64,000 nucleotides of DNA from contig JAVBWN010000027.1 in assembly GCA_036677365.1 (NCBI GenBank), positions 1 through 64,000 of the forward strand, read 5' to 3'. The notes beneath the pieces were generated by a model. The model ran no database searches. It had not been told where the DNA came from and was given only the letters and a program-made list of their open reading frames with translations. Shown here in pieces: positions 28,385-40,152 of this stretch. The DNA comes from Acholeplasma sp. Lineage in GTDB: Bacteria; Bacillota_I; Bacilli_A; Acholeplasmatales; UBA5453. Numbering within the stretch: the first letter of the stretch is position 1; every line of letters starts with the position of its first letter. A program made the translations under genes and the position numbers.

Positions 28385-29824
28385 ATGAAAAAACTATTTG
28401 CTTTACTCGTTATTTCATTGTTCGCATTGACACTCGCCGCTTGTAATGGCGGCGGTGGCAACAATGTGAAATACATTGAATTGACATACGCAGACTGGGG
28501 CGACGCTGCATTCAATCAACGCATGATTGATAAGTTTATGGAAAAATACCCTAACATCACTGTTACATTAAGACAAGATATTTCCGGTTCTGGTGCAACC
28601 TTTACTGGTAACCTTGTCACAGCAGCACAAGCAGGTTTATTGCCTGACGTATTCGCAACCGATAACGTACCAACCGTTGTAAGAGCCGGTTTAACCTTAG
28701 ACGTTGCAGAGTATTGGGATGCCGATTCAGACACCGAAATGGTTTATGAAGACGTAGCCAAAACCGCTGTTTATAATGGACACAGATATGCAGTCCCTAG
28801 TTTCCAATTCTTAAAAGGTATTTTCATCAACCTAGACATTTTTGAAGAATCTGGTTTACAATCGGTTTCTGGTAAATATCGTTTAGACGCGGATGGTTAC
28901 CCTGTTAAAGACTGGACCCACGCTGAATTCGTTGAAATTGCAAAAGCAATCACCAACTATGACATCGTGAACGTTGAAAACCTTGTGGTCGGTTTTGATA
29001 CATGGTATGGTTCCCCTGACTTCCAACAAGTATGGCCAATGATGAATTCAACTCGCTTTGGTTATGACACTTGGGATGGCACTAAATTCAACTATACTTC
29101 CCCTGAATGGATTGCAGCGATGCGCGCTAAAGTTGAAATCGACAACTACGAACTCAATCTAGGTGTCACTTCACGCTATCCGACTACTGACTGGGAAAAT
29201 ACACCTGCATTACAAACCTACGTCATCCAAGCTGGTTATGCCGCAATGGATATCGAAGGTTCTTGGCAATTCTGGGTGATCCAAGAAGCACAAGATAAAG
29301 GTATCAACATGGGCTTCTGGCCTTACCCATCGGGTTCTGAAGGATTATTCCCTCCAACCATTCTTGACTATCAAGCGATTTCTAGCCAAACCGCACACCC
29401 TGAAGAAGCATATCTACTTGCTAAATGGATGACATTTGGACAAGACGGATGGAACGCTCGTTTAGATTTATATGAAGAAGACAAAGCGGCTGCAGAAGCT
29501 GCTGGTCAAACCCCTAAATATCTAGACCGTTTCCCTGTGGCTTCATACCCTGGTGTTTGGGAAAGAGTTGCAGATTTAGTCGATGGTATCCCTGGTATCG
29601 AATATACCCTTGAACGTATTGAAAATGCACGTCCTGACCTTGACAAATGGTTGGCGGGCTATAAAGATTTCTGGGCATGGGTTAGCGATGCTGAAAATCC
29701 ATATAGCTGGGCAAATCTACAAATTGCAGGTCCGAACTCTGTTGCAGCATTTGCTGAACAATGGAATCAAAAAGCCAATGAATTGGTTCAACAAGAAATT
29801 GCCAATTTAGGTAAAGACGAATAA
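28385..29824 (+). CDS. Sugar ABC transporter substrate-binding lipoprotein
   Basis: Lipobox LAAC; FMEKYPNITV; PDVF; YAVP; NLDIFEE; AAMDIEGSW. Confidence 0.9.
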   Translation: MKKLFALLVISLFALTLAACNGGGGNNVKYIELTYADWGDAAFNQRMIDKFMEKYPNITVTLRQDISGSGATFTGNLVTAAQAGLLPDVFATDNVPTVVRAGLTLDVAEYWDADSDTEMVYEDVAKTAVYNGHRYAVPSFQFLKGIFINLDIFEESGLQSVSGKYRLDADGYPVKDWTHAEFVEIAKAITNYDIVNVENLVVGFDTWYGSPDFQQVWPMMNSTRFGYDTWDGTKFNYTSPEWIAAMRAKVEIDNYELNLGVTSRYPTTDWENTPALQTYVIQAGYAAMDIEGSWQFWVIQEAQDKGINMGFWPYPSGSEGLFPPTILDYQAISSQTAHPEEAYLLAKWMTFGQDGWNARLDLYEEDKAAAEAAGQTPKYLDRFPVASYPGVWERVADLVDGIPGIEYTLERIENARPDLDKWLAGYKDFWAWVSDAENPYSWANLQIAGPNSVAAFAEQWNQKANELVQQEIANLGKDE

Positions 29825-29835
29825 CAAACTCATGT

Positions 29836-29868
29836 GTCAAGAGGGCAAATTAAACCTGCCCTCTTGAT
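29836..29868 (+). other. Intra-operon stem-loop without a U-tract (probable mRNA stabiliser or partial terminator)
   Basis: TCAAGAGGGCA (29837-29847) / TGCCCTCTTGA (29857-29867), perfect 11-bp stem; no poly-T follows. Confidence 0.7.
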
Positions 29869-29891
29869 ATCATATCTATTGGAGGAAATCT

Positions 29892-32800
29892 ATGATTAAA
29901 CGCCTGAAAAAAATGAAATGGGTGCGCTTTTTAAGCGAATACTACCAAAAAGTCAAAGCATTTTTCATCGCTTTTGGCTTAAAGAAGACGTTATTGTCTT
30001 TGATATCTTTGGTACTGGTCGTTTATGTAGTTGCATCTTTTTTTAGAGTAGCATCAAATCATCTTTTTTTTGATGCGCGTGCGCTCACACATGCCTATGA
30101 AGACAGCGCAGCGCTCAGTTTAAGTGAATCTACTTACTCTACTGTGAAAAAAGGGTATTTAACCAACAAATATACCCACAGTTCACTCGAAGAAACGTTT
30201 AACCCAATAGATATGACAGGGTCATTAGTGACCGCACTAGAGGCACGTTATCAAGCACCGATCAATGCTTACGCTACCTACAGACCTGGTGCGAATGATA
30301 CCGTATCGGCGTATCGTAATCAAACAGACAAAGTGACTTTTTCCGTGGGGACCATCCCAACAGGGCTTTACTATATTGCTGTTGATTACTATGAACTATC
30401 TGAAAGCGTTCAAGCAACCCAAGTGGGTGTCAAAATCAATGGGACATTCCCATTTTACGAATCCAGAACACTGATTTTAGAAAGTGAATGGGTGTTTGAT
30501 AGTACTGAATTTAAACTAGACCGTTATCAAAATGAAATTCAACCAAGTTCAAGTAAACAACGTACATGGAAAACCATGATTTTACGTGACCTCAAAGGGA
30601 TGCATGCAGGGTATTATGAATTTTACTTGAAATCCAACGATGAGATTACTTTAGAACATGTGTCAGGTGAGTATTTAATTGGTCAAGTTCATTTTGTTCA
30701 AGTCGATGACTTATTAAGTTATGATGCCTACTTGAATCAACACACTGGTGCCACCGTTGTCAATAAGCTCATTCAAGTGAGTGCTAAAGATTTAGCTACC
30801 CGCAATGATGCTTCCATCCGTTTAAGAGCAGAACGTGACCCATCTTCGTTACATTATGATACTCAATTCTTAAAAATGAATACCATATTTGGTGACTCGT
30901 GGCAAAATGGTGGTCAAGCCGTTACCTATGAAATTGATGTTGAAACCGCTGGATTCTATCATATTTCATTCAAGTATCGTCAGTACATGATCAAAGACAT
31001 GCCCGTTTTTAGAAAAATATATGTCAATGGCGAAGTGCCGTTTGATTTATTAGAAAGTTATGCATTTCCATACACAACTTCATTCATACATCGCACTTTA
31101 ACCGATGAAAATAATGATGCTTTAAAGATTTATTTAGAAGCTGGTACCAACACCATCACACTTGAAGCGGTGTTGTATCCATACAGAAATACGATTGAAT
31201 CCATCAAGTACATCATGTCAGAAATCCAAGATTTGGCATTACGTATTAAGAAATATACCTCTGGTGGTACCGACCGTTATCGTGACTGGGATATTGAAAC
31301 CTATTTCCCAAATGCTGAAGGCGATATCCGCTTTTGGGCATTAGAACTCGATGATATTTATAACCATCTGTTGGTCTTGACCAATAACAACGCCCCTTCA
31401 GAAATATTGAATTTGAGGGTAGCAGCCACCAGATTACGTAGTATTGCCAATAATGTCAACAAACTACCGGGTAGAATGGTTCAATTTTCTGATGGTGACT
31501 CATCCGTTAACCAAATGCTTGGTGATTTGATGCAACGATTGATGCGTGCCAATGTTGAACTAGAAAGAACGATGGTTCATGGCGATAAAGCCTTACCAAA
31601 ACCATATGCGAACGTGTTTGTTAGCACATGGGAAGGCTTAAAACGATTGGTATTGTCTTTCATCAACAACCCATACTCTACTCAAAGAAGAGGTCAAAAT
31701 GAATTGATTGTTTGGGTAAATCACCCACGTCAATATATTGAAATCATGCAAATGATGATTGACCAATCTTATGATGGCGACATGAAAGTCACACTTTCAC
31801 AGATGCCTGACCAAAATAAACTAATTTTAGCCAACGTGGCTGGCAATTCGCCGGATGTTGCGATTGGTGTTGACCACTGGATTCCATATGAATTCGCGAT
31901 TCGTGACGCTTCATTGGATTTAAGACAATTTCAAGGGTATGCCGATTTAGTAACGAATTTTACCAAAGGTGCTATGATTCCATATGTCTTTGAAGATGGT
32001 GTTTACGGGATTCCTGAAACACAAAACTTCTGGGTTACATACTATAGAACCGATATTTTAAACTCAATTGGTATCACTGAAATCCCTCAAACTTGGGATC
32101 AAATCATTGAAATTCTCCCATTATTACAAAGCTATGGTATGAACTATTTCGTACCACTAGCACAATATGAAGGGTTAAAACCATTCGTCGCGACCTTGCC
32201 ATTCATCTATCAATTTGGTGGTGACTTATACGCTCCAAATGGGATGTCTACAGCAATCAATAGTGACCAAACCTTACGAGGTATTCAATTGATGAGTAAC
32301 TTGTATACGTTGTATAATTTACCTCAACGTGTTGCATCGTTTTATAATCAGTTTAGATACGGTACATTACCGATTGGTATTTCAGATTTATCTTCATACA
32401 TTTTATTATCGACTGCCGCTTCCGAATTGGATGGTTTATGGTCGATGGATTTACACCCTGGTGTATACAATGAACTCACCGATGAAATTGTCAGATATTC
32501 TGCAGTCGGTGCACAAGCGTCCATGATTTTATCGTCCACAAAATACAAAGAAGCCTCTTGGGATTTCTTGAGCTGGTGGATGTCCACAGAAGTTCAAAGC
32601 GATTTTGCATTCAATTTACAAACCACTTATGGTAGACAATACTTTTGGAACTCAGCCAATGTCAATGCATTCATGAATTCATCGATGCCAGAACGTTTCA
32701 AAAATGTCGTCTTAGAACAATGGACATACGGTATTGAAGCTTCACGTATTCCTGGCGCATACATGGTTGAACGTGAACTCTCCAATGCTTGGAGCAAAGT

Positions 32801-32981
32801 CGTATACAATGGTACAAACGTCAGATTAGCGCTTGATGACGCGGTTAGAATTTCTAATCGTGAAATTTTATATAAGATGGCTGAGTTTGGTTATGTCCAA
32901 AACGGGGTCATCATTAAGAATTATACAGTGCCTTCGATTTATAACATCGACTTGTGGCTAACGGAGGTAAACAATGCTTAA
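29892..32981 (+). CDS. Large membrane-anchored solute-binding protein (two CBM-like beta domains, helical linker, C-terminal SBP)
   Basis: N-terminal [11 protein letters not shown] and GFYHISFKY repeated beta modules; C-terminal [32 protein letters not shown]. Confidence 0.85.
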   Translation: MIKRLKKMKWVRFLSEYYQKVKAFFIAFGLKKTLLSLISLVLVVYVVASFFRVASNHLFFDARALTHAYEDSAALSLSESTYSTVKKGYLTNKYTHSSLEETFNPIDMTGSLVTALEARYQAPINAYATYRPGANDTVSAYRNQTDKVTFSVGTIPTGLYYIAVDYYELSESVQATQVGVKINGTFPFYESRTLILESEWVFDSTEFKLDRYQNEIQPSSSKQRTWKTMILRDLKGMHAGYYEFYLKSNDEITLEHVSGEYLIGQVHFVQVDDLLSYDAYLNQHTGATVVNKLIQVSAKDLATRNDASIRLRAERDPSSLHYDTQFLKMNTIFGDSWQNGGQAVTYEIDVETAGFYHISFKYRQYMIKDMPVFRKIYVNGEVPFDLLESYAFPYTTSFIHRTLTDENNDALKIYLEAGTNTITLEAVLYPYRNTIESIKYIMSEIQDLALRIKKYTSGGTDRYRDWDIETYFPNAEGDIRFWALELDDIYNHLLVLTNNNAPSEILNLRVAATRLRSIANNVNKLPGRMVQFSDGDSSVNQMLGDLMQRLMRANVELERTMVHGDKALPKPYANVFVSTWEGLKRLVLSFINNPYSTQRRGQNELIVWVNHPRQYIEIMQMMIDQSYDGDMKVTLSQMPDQNKLILANVAGNSPDVAIGVDHWIPYEFAIRDASLDLRQFQGYADLVTNFTKGAMIPYVFEDGVYGIPETQNFWVTYYRTDILNSIGITEIPQTWDQIIEILPLLQSYGMNYFVPLAQYEGLKPFVATLPFIYQFGGDLYAPNGMSTAINSDQTLRGIQLMSNLYTLYNLPQRVASFYNQFRYGTLPIGISDLSSYILLSTAASELDGLWSMDLHPGVYNELTDEIVRYSAVGAQASMILSSTKYKEASWDFLSWWMSTEVQSDFAFNLQTTYGRQYFWNSANVNAFMNSSMPERFKNVVLEQWTYGIEASRIPGAYMVERELSNAWSKVVYNGTNVRLALDDAVRISNREILYKMAEFGYVQNGVIIKNYTVPSIYNIDLWLTEVNNA

Positions 32982-33858
32982 ACGTATGAATCATCCAGCA
33001 TGGTTTATTCTCCCTTACTGGATATTATTCTCACTGTTCATCATTATCCCTGTAGTGATTGCGATGGGGTTATCGTTCACATACTTTAACTCGATTCAAG
33101 CACCACGTTATATTGGGGTTACAAATTACATCGAACTCATTACGATGGACAATATTTTCATGCAAAATGTCTTGCCAAATACCGTTAAATTTGCTTTGAT
33201 TGTCGGTCCAATCGGGTATTTATTATCCTTCCTATTGGCATGGATGTTGGCTCAAATACCACAAAAACCAAGAACCGTATTGGCCATCATTTTGTATTCT
33301 CCATCCTTAACCATGGGGGTTGCAATGGCATCCATGTGGCGTATCATTTTCTCTGGGGATGCCAATGGTTATTTGAACAGCTGGCTCTTAAACTGGGGCA
33401 TCATCCTCGAACCGATACAATTCTTACAATCCCCACAATACTTGATGAACATCATGATCATCGTGTCATTGTGGAGTAGTATGGGGGTAGGGTTCTTAGC
33501 GATGTTGGCCGGGGTTTTGAATATCGACCAAACGCTTTATGAAGCCGCTTATATCGACGGTATCAAAAACCGTACACAAGAAATTTTCTACATCACCATC
33601 CCGCAAATGCGTCCTCAGATGCTATTCGGTGCGGTTATGGCGGTGGTTGGAACCTTCCAAGCCGGCGGGATTGGTGTGGCCTTATCTGGGTCAAACCCAA
33701 CACCACAATACGCTGGTCAATTGATAGTGAACCACATCGAGGACTTCGGTTTCATCCGATATGCGATGGGCTATGCTTCAGCGATCAGTGTGGTTTTATT
33801 GGCACTGGTCTACATGTTGTCTAAAGTGACTCAAAAAATTCTAGGAGAGAGGGATTAA
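32974..33858 (+). CDS. Carbohydrate ABC permease (MalF-like)
   Basis: EAA loop [15 protein letters not shown]. Confidence 0.93.
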   Translation: MLKRMNHPAWFILPYWILFSLFIIIPVVIAMGLSFTYFNSIQAPRYIGVTNYIELITMDNIFMQNVLPNTVKFALIVGPIGYLLSFLLAWMLAQIPQKPRTVLAIILYSPSLTMGVAMASMWRIIFSGDANGYLNSWLLNWGIILEPIQFLQSPQYLMNIMIIVSLWSSMGVGFLAMLAGVLNIDQTLYEAAYIDGIKNRTQEIFYITIPQMRPQMLFGAVMAVVGTFQAGGIGVALSGSNPTPQYAGQLIVNHIEDFGFIRYAMGYASAISVVLLALVYMLSKVTQKILGERD

Positions 33859-33859
33859 T

Positions 33860-34735
33860 ATGGCTAGTTTCCAAGGCACAAAAATCAATCCGACGAGCTT
33901 CCATCGCAGTCAACTCACCTTTTATGCATTCTTGATTCCACTGTCGATTTTGATGTTATTACCCATTCTTTTCATCATTAATCATGCATTTAAACCCATT
34001 TCAGAATTGTTCGCGTATCCACCTGCATTCTTTGTTAAGAACCCAACGATGAACAACTTTACTGAATTGGCGCGCATATCAAGTGGTTCAGGGATTCCTT
34101 TTTCTCGATATTTAATCAACAGTTTATTGATAACATCGATTGGCGTATTTTTCGCCATCACCATCACCGCACTCAGTGCTTATGGTTTATCGAAACTGCA
34201 CTTCAAAGGGAAGAAGGCATTGTTTGAAATCAATACACTCGCGTTGATGTTCGTCCCGATTGCCGTTCAAATTCCAAGGTATTTGGTCATTGCGAGAATG
34301 GGTATCATCGATACTTATCTCGCTCACATTTTACCTGTGGTTGTCATGCCAGTCGCGATGTTCTTAATCAAGCAATTCATCGATCAAACACCCAACGAGT
34401 TGATTGAATCGGCGAAAATCGATGGGGCATCTGAAATGCAAATTTTCTATCACATCATCGTACCAATCGTGTCACCAGCCATCGCTACCGTAGGTATCTT
34501 GGCTTTCCAAGCGATATGGAACGATACATCGACTTCGACCATCTTTATTACCGATGAATCGAAACGAACACTCGCCTTCTATATGATGAGCTTAACCAGT
34601 TCAGTAGGGAATAATATCGCGGGTCAGGGGATGGCTGCGGCAGCGAGCTTAATCATGTTTATACCAAACTTGGTATTGTTCGTATTCTTACAAAGTAAAG
34701 TCATGAATACCATGGCACACTCGGGTATCAAATAA
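33860..34735 (+). CDS. Carbohydrate ABC permease (MalG-like)
   Basis: ELIESAKIDGAS; WND. Confidence 0.93.
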   Translation: MASFQGTKINPTSFHRSQLTFYAFLIPLSILMLLPILFIINHAFKPISELFAYPPAFFVKNPTMNNFTELARISSGSGIPFSRYLINSLLITSIGVFFAITITALSAYGLSKLHFKGKKALFEINTLALMFVPIAVQIPRYLVIARMGIIDTYLAHILPVVVMPVAMFLIKQFIDQTPNELIESAKIDGASEMQIFYHIIVPIVSPAIATVGILAFQAIWNDTSTSTIFITDESKRTLAFYMMSLTSSVGNNIAGQGMAAAASLIMFIPNLVLFVFLQSKVMNTMAHSGIK

Positions 34736-36771
34736 TGAAAAAATTACTGATTGCAGCACTATTCATCCTCGTTTGTCTCCTCCCAGTCAACGTCGATGCC
34801 AACAATGGTATTCCGTATTACACATTTACGTACTCCTCGACACAACGTCGTATCGTACCTACACAAGATGCATATTTGCCGTTATCGATTACTTCTGAGA
34901 TTGGTGGTTATATCCTCAATTCACCAGAAGATATCACGATTGACAAGCAGAATAATATTTACATTGCTGACACAAAAAATGGCCGTGTCATCAAATATAA
35001 CATTCAGTCTAATGTTGCAACCCTCATCGGAGATGGATTTTTAACCAGTCCAATGGGTGTTCATGTTGGGTTAGATGGCGCAGTATATGTCGTCGATTTT
35101 ACACATAAAAAAGCATATAAGTATGTGTATGATCAATCCAACGATAGTTACGATTTGACCGTTACGTATGAAAGACCTGTCAATTCACCTTATTTCGCAC
35201 CATCCGATACATTTGAACCAACCAAAGTCATCACTGACTCTGGGAATAACGTATACCTGTTATTGGCAGGTTCCATCAATGGGTTAGCCGAATATAAGAA
35301 TGATGGTGAGTTCTTTGGATTCTTCGGTGCAAACCGTATTCCAAACACTTGGGACAACATCATCAAGTCATTATTATTCGATGAACAACAACGTCGTGAA
35401 TGGTTTAAAATGATTCCTAAAGCTTTGAACAATGTGGCTGTTGACCAAGATGGTTTGATCTTAACGATTACCAATGGCCAATCCGGTTACTTGAAACTCA
35501 ACATCGCAAACTTGGTATTCAGCCAATCCAACTGGGGTTTTGAGAATTTGATGGATCTTTATGTAGGTCCTCACAACACCATCTTTACAATCAATGCTGA
35601 AGGCTACATCACAGAATATACCCAAGAAGGACAAACTTTATTCATCTTTGCAGGTCCAGATAAGTCCTCGAATACCAAAGGGTTGTTCAACTCACCAACC
35701 GCCATTGCTGTCGATGCGAGAAACAATATTTATGCCCTCGATAAATCGACATCGTCATTGCAAATCTTTGTCCCTACAGCATTTGCTGATTTGGTACATA
35801 ACGCCATTACGTTATATCAAGCTGGTAAATACAGCGAATCCGAAGAACCTTGGAAACAAGTATTAAAGATGAATAGCTTATTTGATTTGGCCAACAAAGG
35901 CATTGGTGATGCGCATTTTGCTAAAGGTGAATATGAAGATGCGATGCACTATTATGCATTGTCTCGTCATCTTGAAGGTTATTCAAATGCCTATTGGGAA
36001 GTGAGAAATACAGCATTACTCGCATCCGCTTCTTGGTTGGTTTATGTCATTTTTGCCATGATCATACTTACCATTGTCAATCGATTCCTACCATTCATGA
36101 AGTATGTTAAAGCACCTATCAAGAAATCGCATGCTTATATGAAACGGTTTAAATTGTACAATGAATTGTTGTTTGGTTTCCATGTGTTGAGAAATCCAAA
36201 CGATGGTTATTATGGTATCAAACGCGAAGGTAAAACTTCAAACTTATCCGCAACGATTTACCTATTCACATTCTTTTTGATGTATATCATTTTCATCTAC
36301 ACCACCTCATTCTTGTTTAATGACCGTGTCGTCGCTGAAATCAATATGATCCAACAAGTCATTACCGTTTTCATCCCATTCTTCCTATGGGTCATTGCGA
36401 ACTACTTGGTATGTAGCATTCGTGATGGTGAAGGTAAATTGAGTGATGTCTATCAATCGAGTGCCTATGCTTTATTACCAATGATTATTTCCTTACCAAT
36501 CCTCGCGTTCATTTCGCATGGATTGACATTGAATGAAGCATTCATTTATACATTCTTATTCAACGTTTCTGTGATGATTACCGTGATTTACCTCATCGTC
36601 ATGGTCAAAGAAATTCATTTCTATGAGATGAAGAAAACCATCGCCAACATCTTCATTACAATTTTTACCGCATTGATGATTTTATTGATGGTATCGATTG
36701 TTTACATCTTATTGAGTGAAATTTTACAAGTATTCTTAGATATATATAGGGAGGTGACCTCACGTGCTTAA
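34735..36771 (+). CDS. NHL beta-propeller + TPR + YIP1-like multi-TM protein
   Basis: Signal peptide; NSPEDI..IYIADT.NGRV and FNSPTAIAVD NHL repeats; TPR-like LYQAGKY..W..VL; about 6 C-terminal TM with GEGK motif. Confidence 0.8.
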   Translation: MKKLLIAALFILVCLLPVNVDANNGIPYYTFTYSSTQRRIVPTQDAYLPLSITSEIGGYILNSPEDITIDKQNNIYIADTKNGRVIKYNIQSNVATLIGDGFLTSPMGVHVGLDGAVYVVDFTHKKAYKYVYDQSNDSYDLTVTYERPVNSPYFAPSDTFEPTKVITDSGNNVYLLLAGSINGLAEYKNDGEFFGFFGANRIPNTWDNIIKSLLFDEQQRREWFKMIPKALNNVAVDQDGLILTITNGQSGYLKLNIANLVFSQSNWGFENLMDLYVGPHNTIFTINAEGYITEYTQEGQTLFIFAGPDKSSNTKGLFNSPTAIAVDARNNIYALDKSTSSLQIFVPTAFADLVHNAITLYQAGKYSESEEPWKQVLKMNSLFDLANKGIGDAHFAKGEYEDAMHYYALSRHLEGYSNAYWEVRNTALLASASWLVYVIFAMIILTIVNRFLPFMKYVKAPIKKSHAYMKRFKLYNELLFGFHVLRNPNDGYYGIKREGKTSNLSATIYLFTFFLMYIIFIYTTSFLFNDRVVAEINMIQQVITVFIPFFLWVIANYLVCSIRDGEGKLSDVYQSSAYALLPMIISLPILAFISHGLTLNEAFIYTFLFNVSVMITVIYLIVMVKEIHFYEMKKTIANIFITIFTALMILLMVSIVYILLSEILQVFLDIYREVTSRA

Positions 36772-39181
36772 AATTGTTAAATACCTGATTGTAGTCGTAA
36801 CATTCAGTGCCCTAACGTTCACTGTGGTCAACGCTGCCACCCAAGACAATGCTTATGAGATTGTATTATCGGATAACTTTGGTTACATTGAACAAATGGT
36901 ATTACAAAGCTCGAGATATACCCAACCTGATAATATAACCCCAGCGGCATTACAGGATTATCGCGATAATTACACTTTGTCTTTCACAACCGATGAACTG
37001 GCGTTTCTAGGTTATGAAGAAATCTTAAATGATTCAAAATTACGTGTTTATTTTGAACAAAAATCATTTTCAGTCGTCATTGAAAACAAAGAAACTGGAT
37101 ACTTTTGGTCATCGCGTGCTGAATTCCAACACATCGAAGGCACCAATGAAACCCCACTCTTTAGAAATATGATGAATTCAGGTTTATGGATTGAATCGGT
37201 TCGAATGCTCACCAATGGTGGCGCTCCCATCAATATCAATGAAAAATCTTTAACCACCGAGTCGCTATACCGTATCGCAGGTGTGGCTTATCCAAACGAT
37301 GAGTCCTTAATTGATTTATATCCAGAATGCCCGACAGGGTATGCAAGTTCCAATGTGTGTTCACAAGTCATCATCCCAGAAAGATACAATCAAAGTCGTG
37401 TCCGTGTGGATCGTGTCTCTACAACAACATCCGCCATTGTTACCAAAGTCAATATTTTTGAATATGGGTTCTCATTTAACGTAGAACTACGTCTCGAAGA
37501 TGGTGTCTTTAAGTCGAGAGTATTCTCAGACACCATTCAAGAATCAGACCCTAAATTTAAATTGACTGGCATATATTTATTCCCATACTTGGGTTCTACA
37601 CGTAAGGACAAAACCCCGGGTTATTTCTTAATTCCTGATGGTGTGGGTGCTTTGGTTCGTATCAATCAAATGCATGGAGATTCATTCCAAAGCCGTTTCT
37701 ATGGTTCAGAGTTTGGATACGATTCCTATACCACCAGTCAATTGACCATGCCGATTTATGGTATTGTCCATGAAGTCGGTGGCAATGGGTTTTATGCCGA
37801 TATCACTGAAGGGTCTGAACAAGGCATTCTATATGCCGATTTATATGGCGCAAACACCCGTTACAATTATATGCGCACCAAGTATAGTGTCCGCGAATTG
37901 TACCGAAGAATCATCAATGCTTCAGGTGGTGGGTCTTTAACACTACTGGATCAGTTCACACAAACCGATTACGCCATCGACTATCACTTTTTAGGTGGTT
38001 CAGATGCTTCCTATGTTGGGATTGCGAAAAACTACCGTGATAAATTGCGTGATGCAGGTGTTTTAAAAGACATGGTTGAACCAAGCACCAATATCCCAAT
38101 TCATCTCAACTACTTAATGGCAGATACTGAAAATGCCTTCATTGGTGTTAGACGTATTCGCATGACGCGCATTAAAGATGTTTTGGATATTTATGAAACA
38201 TTAAAAGAAGCCGGTGTCACCAATCAAATGGTCACCTTGCATGGTTGGAGTAAAGATGGTAATGGTGTTGGATTGGCTCGAACCAATTTAAATGAATCTA
38301 AACGTACGTTTGAAAAATTGGCCGATACACTGGCTGAAGATGGCAACACAGTCTATCTGTATAATGATTATGTGGTGGCATCAGACTCAAAACGTGTCAA
38401 CTACATCAACGACATTGCAAGAAATGTGTCTAGATTAAAAATGACTTATAGCAACCGTTCATTTAGCGGTGTTGAATCGAACATTCAGTTATTATACCCA
38501 GAAGCTACGGCGAAAAAATTAAAAGCGGACGCTTCATTCTACGATAAATTGGGGTATGGTGCAGAAGTAGGTTCTATTGGTAATATGTTATTCAGCTACT
38601 ACGACAACAAAGTATTTGAACGTGGTGACGCGATGAATTATTACCAAGAAGCCTTATCAAACTATGATCATTTGATATTATCTAGCCCTAACAGTTATTT
38701 ATGGCAATACATGAGTGGTTATACCGATATGGCCGTAACCAATGGACAGTTTAATTTCTACACGGACTTGGTTCCTGTATTACCGATTGTTTTATCTGGA
38801 AGTGTGCCAATGTTTACCCCATTCTTAAATTTCAATGCCTTGGGTAGTGAACGTTTATTGATGATGATTGATTTTGGTATCAACCCACGATATATTCTCA
38901 CAGAGGAAAATACCTATAAGATGCGTTACACACGTTCATCCAATCTGTACACCACAGCCATTAAGGATTACGAAACAGAAATCATCGATACCTATCATTA
39001 CATCAATGATGCTTTAAAACACGTGGTTGGTGCCATGGTTGTCGAACGCGAAGTGCTTGGTTTAGGTATTGTAAAAGTAACTTATGACAATGGTGTGTCG
39101 ATTTATATCAATTACAGTGACCAAATATTTATGAATCCGGATGTCATCTTATTTGGTAAATCGTATGAGGTGGTCCTATGA
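36764..39181 (+). CDS. Secreted DUF5696-like protein
   Basis: GTG start with GGAGG RBS; signal peptide; TGYFWSS; PYLGS; GYFLIPDGVGAL; MPIYG; YVGIAKNYR; GW; VPVLPIVL.G; VTYDNG..IYINY. Confidence 0.75.
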   Translation: MLKIVKYLIVVVTFSALTFTVVNAATQDNAYEIVLSDNFGYIEQMVLQSSRYTQPDNITPAALQDYRDNYTLSFTTDELAFLGYEEILNDSKLRVYFEQKSFSVVIENKETGYFWSSRAEFQHIEGTNETPLFRNMMNSGLWIESVRMLTNGGAPININEKSLTTESLYRIAGVAYPNDESLIDLYPECPTGYASSNVCSQVIIPERYNQSRVRVDRVSTTTSAIVTKVNIFEYGFSFNVELRLEDGVFKSRVFSDTIQESDPKFKLTGIYLFPYLGSTRKDKTPGYFLIPDGVGALVRINQMHGDSFQSRFYGSEFGYDSYTTSQLTMPIYGIVHEVGGNGFYADITEGSEQGILYADLYGANTRYNYMRTKYSVRELYRRIINASGGGSLTLLDQFTQTDYAIDYHFLGGSDASYVGIAKNYRDKLRDAGVLKDMVEPSTNIPIHLNYLMADTENAFIGVRRIRMTRIKDVLDIYETLKEAGVTNQMVTLHGWSKDGNGVGLARTNLNESKRTFEKLADTLAEDGNTVYLYNDYVVASDSKRVNYINDIARNVSRLKMTYSNRSFSGVESNIQLLYPEATAKKLKADASFYDKLGYGAEVGSIGNMLFSYYDNKVFERGDAMNYYQEALSNYDHLILSSPNSYLWQYMSGYTDMAVTNGQFNFYTDLVPVLPIVLSGSVPMFTPFLNFNALGSERLLMMIDFGINPRYILTEENTYKMRYTRSSNLYTTAIKDYETEIIDTYHYINDALKHVVGAMVVEREVLGLGIVKVTYDNGVSIYINYSDQIFMNPDVILFGKSYEVVL

Positions 39182-40152
39182 AAAAACAAAACATAGCCCC
39201 GAAAACCCTTGATAAAACCCCTAAAGTGAAACGTGCAAGCCGATTGACCCGAAAACAAAGAGAATATCTTCATGGGTTCGCATTTATCGGTTTATGGTTA
39301 TTTGGATATTTGGTATTTACCTTTTACCCAATGCTTAAATCATTTTATCTAACATTCACCAAATCGTTTTATAACATCAACCGTGGGATTTACCAAGTGG
39401 AATTCAATGTCGGTCAAGGCAATTTATTTGGATTTTCTAACTATATCAACATCGTTAGAAGTCAAACACTTTTACCATTATTTAGTGACTACTTAGCCAG
39501 AATCATCATTGCAGTCCCTCTCATCATCGTGTTCTCTATTATGATTTCGATGCTGATTAATTTGCCCATTAAAGGCAAAGGATTGTGGCGTACGATATTC
39601 TTCCTTCCAGTCATTATTTCATCCGGTCCTGTCATTTCTGAATTATCACGTCAAGAAGCAACCAGTTTACCATCAATTCAAGAATCGGCTGCTTTACAGT
39701 TCATTTTTACCAACTTGGGTGAATGGATTGCAAGACCGTTAGAAGCGTTGTTTTCTTCCTTATTGCTCATTTTATGGTATGCTGGTGTACCGATTCTCAT
39801 CTTCCTGGCTGGTCTTCAAAAGATTGACTCTTCCGTATATGAAGCCGCATCCATCGACGGTGCATCCCCTTGGGATCGTTTTTGGAAAATTACGCTACCT
39901 TCAATCAAACCATTGATCTCTGTCGCCATCATTTATGTGGTTGTCTCGATGTCTTTATTCGTAGAAGAAGGCGGCATTCTCGCCATCACCCGAACACACA
40001 TGTTGAACGGGGCACCGGATTCACAAGTATGGCTTGGTTATGGCTACGCAGCGACCATCGCATGGATTTATTTCATCCTGATGGTTCTGGTGATGGTCGT
40101 ATTCATTGGCCTACTCTCGATTAAGCGAAAAGAGGTGAAACGATGGGGTTAA
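39178..40152 (+). CDS. Carbohydrate ABC permease (second MalF-like)
   Basis: FLAGLQ; YEAASIDGAS; FWKITLP; GYAA. Confidence 0.93.
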   Translation: MKKQNIAPKTLDKTPKVKRASRLTRKQREYLHGFAFIGLWLFGYLVFTFYPMLKSFYLTFTKSFYNINRGIYQVEFNVGQGNLFGFSNYINIVRSQTLLPLFSDYLARIIIAVPLIIVFSIMISMLINLPIKGKGLWRTIFFLPVIISSGPVISELSRQEATSLPSIQESAALQFIFTNLGEWIARPLEALFSSLLLILWYAGVPILIFLAGLQKIDSSVYEAASIDGASPWDRFWKITLPSIKPLISVAIIYVVVSMSLFVEEGGILAITRTHMLNGAPDSQVWLGYGYAATIAWIYFILMVLVMVVFIGLLSIKRKEVKRWG

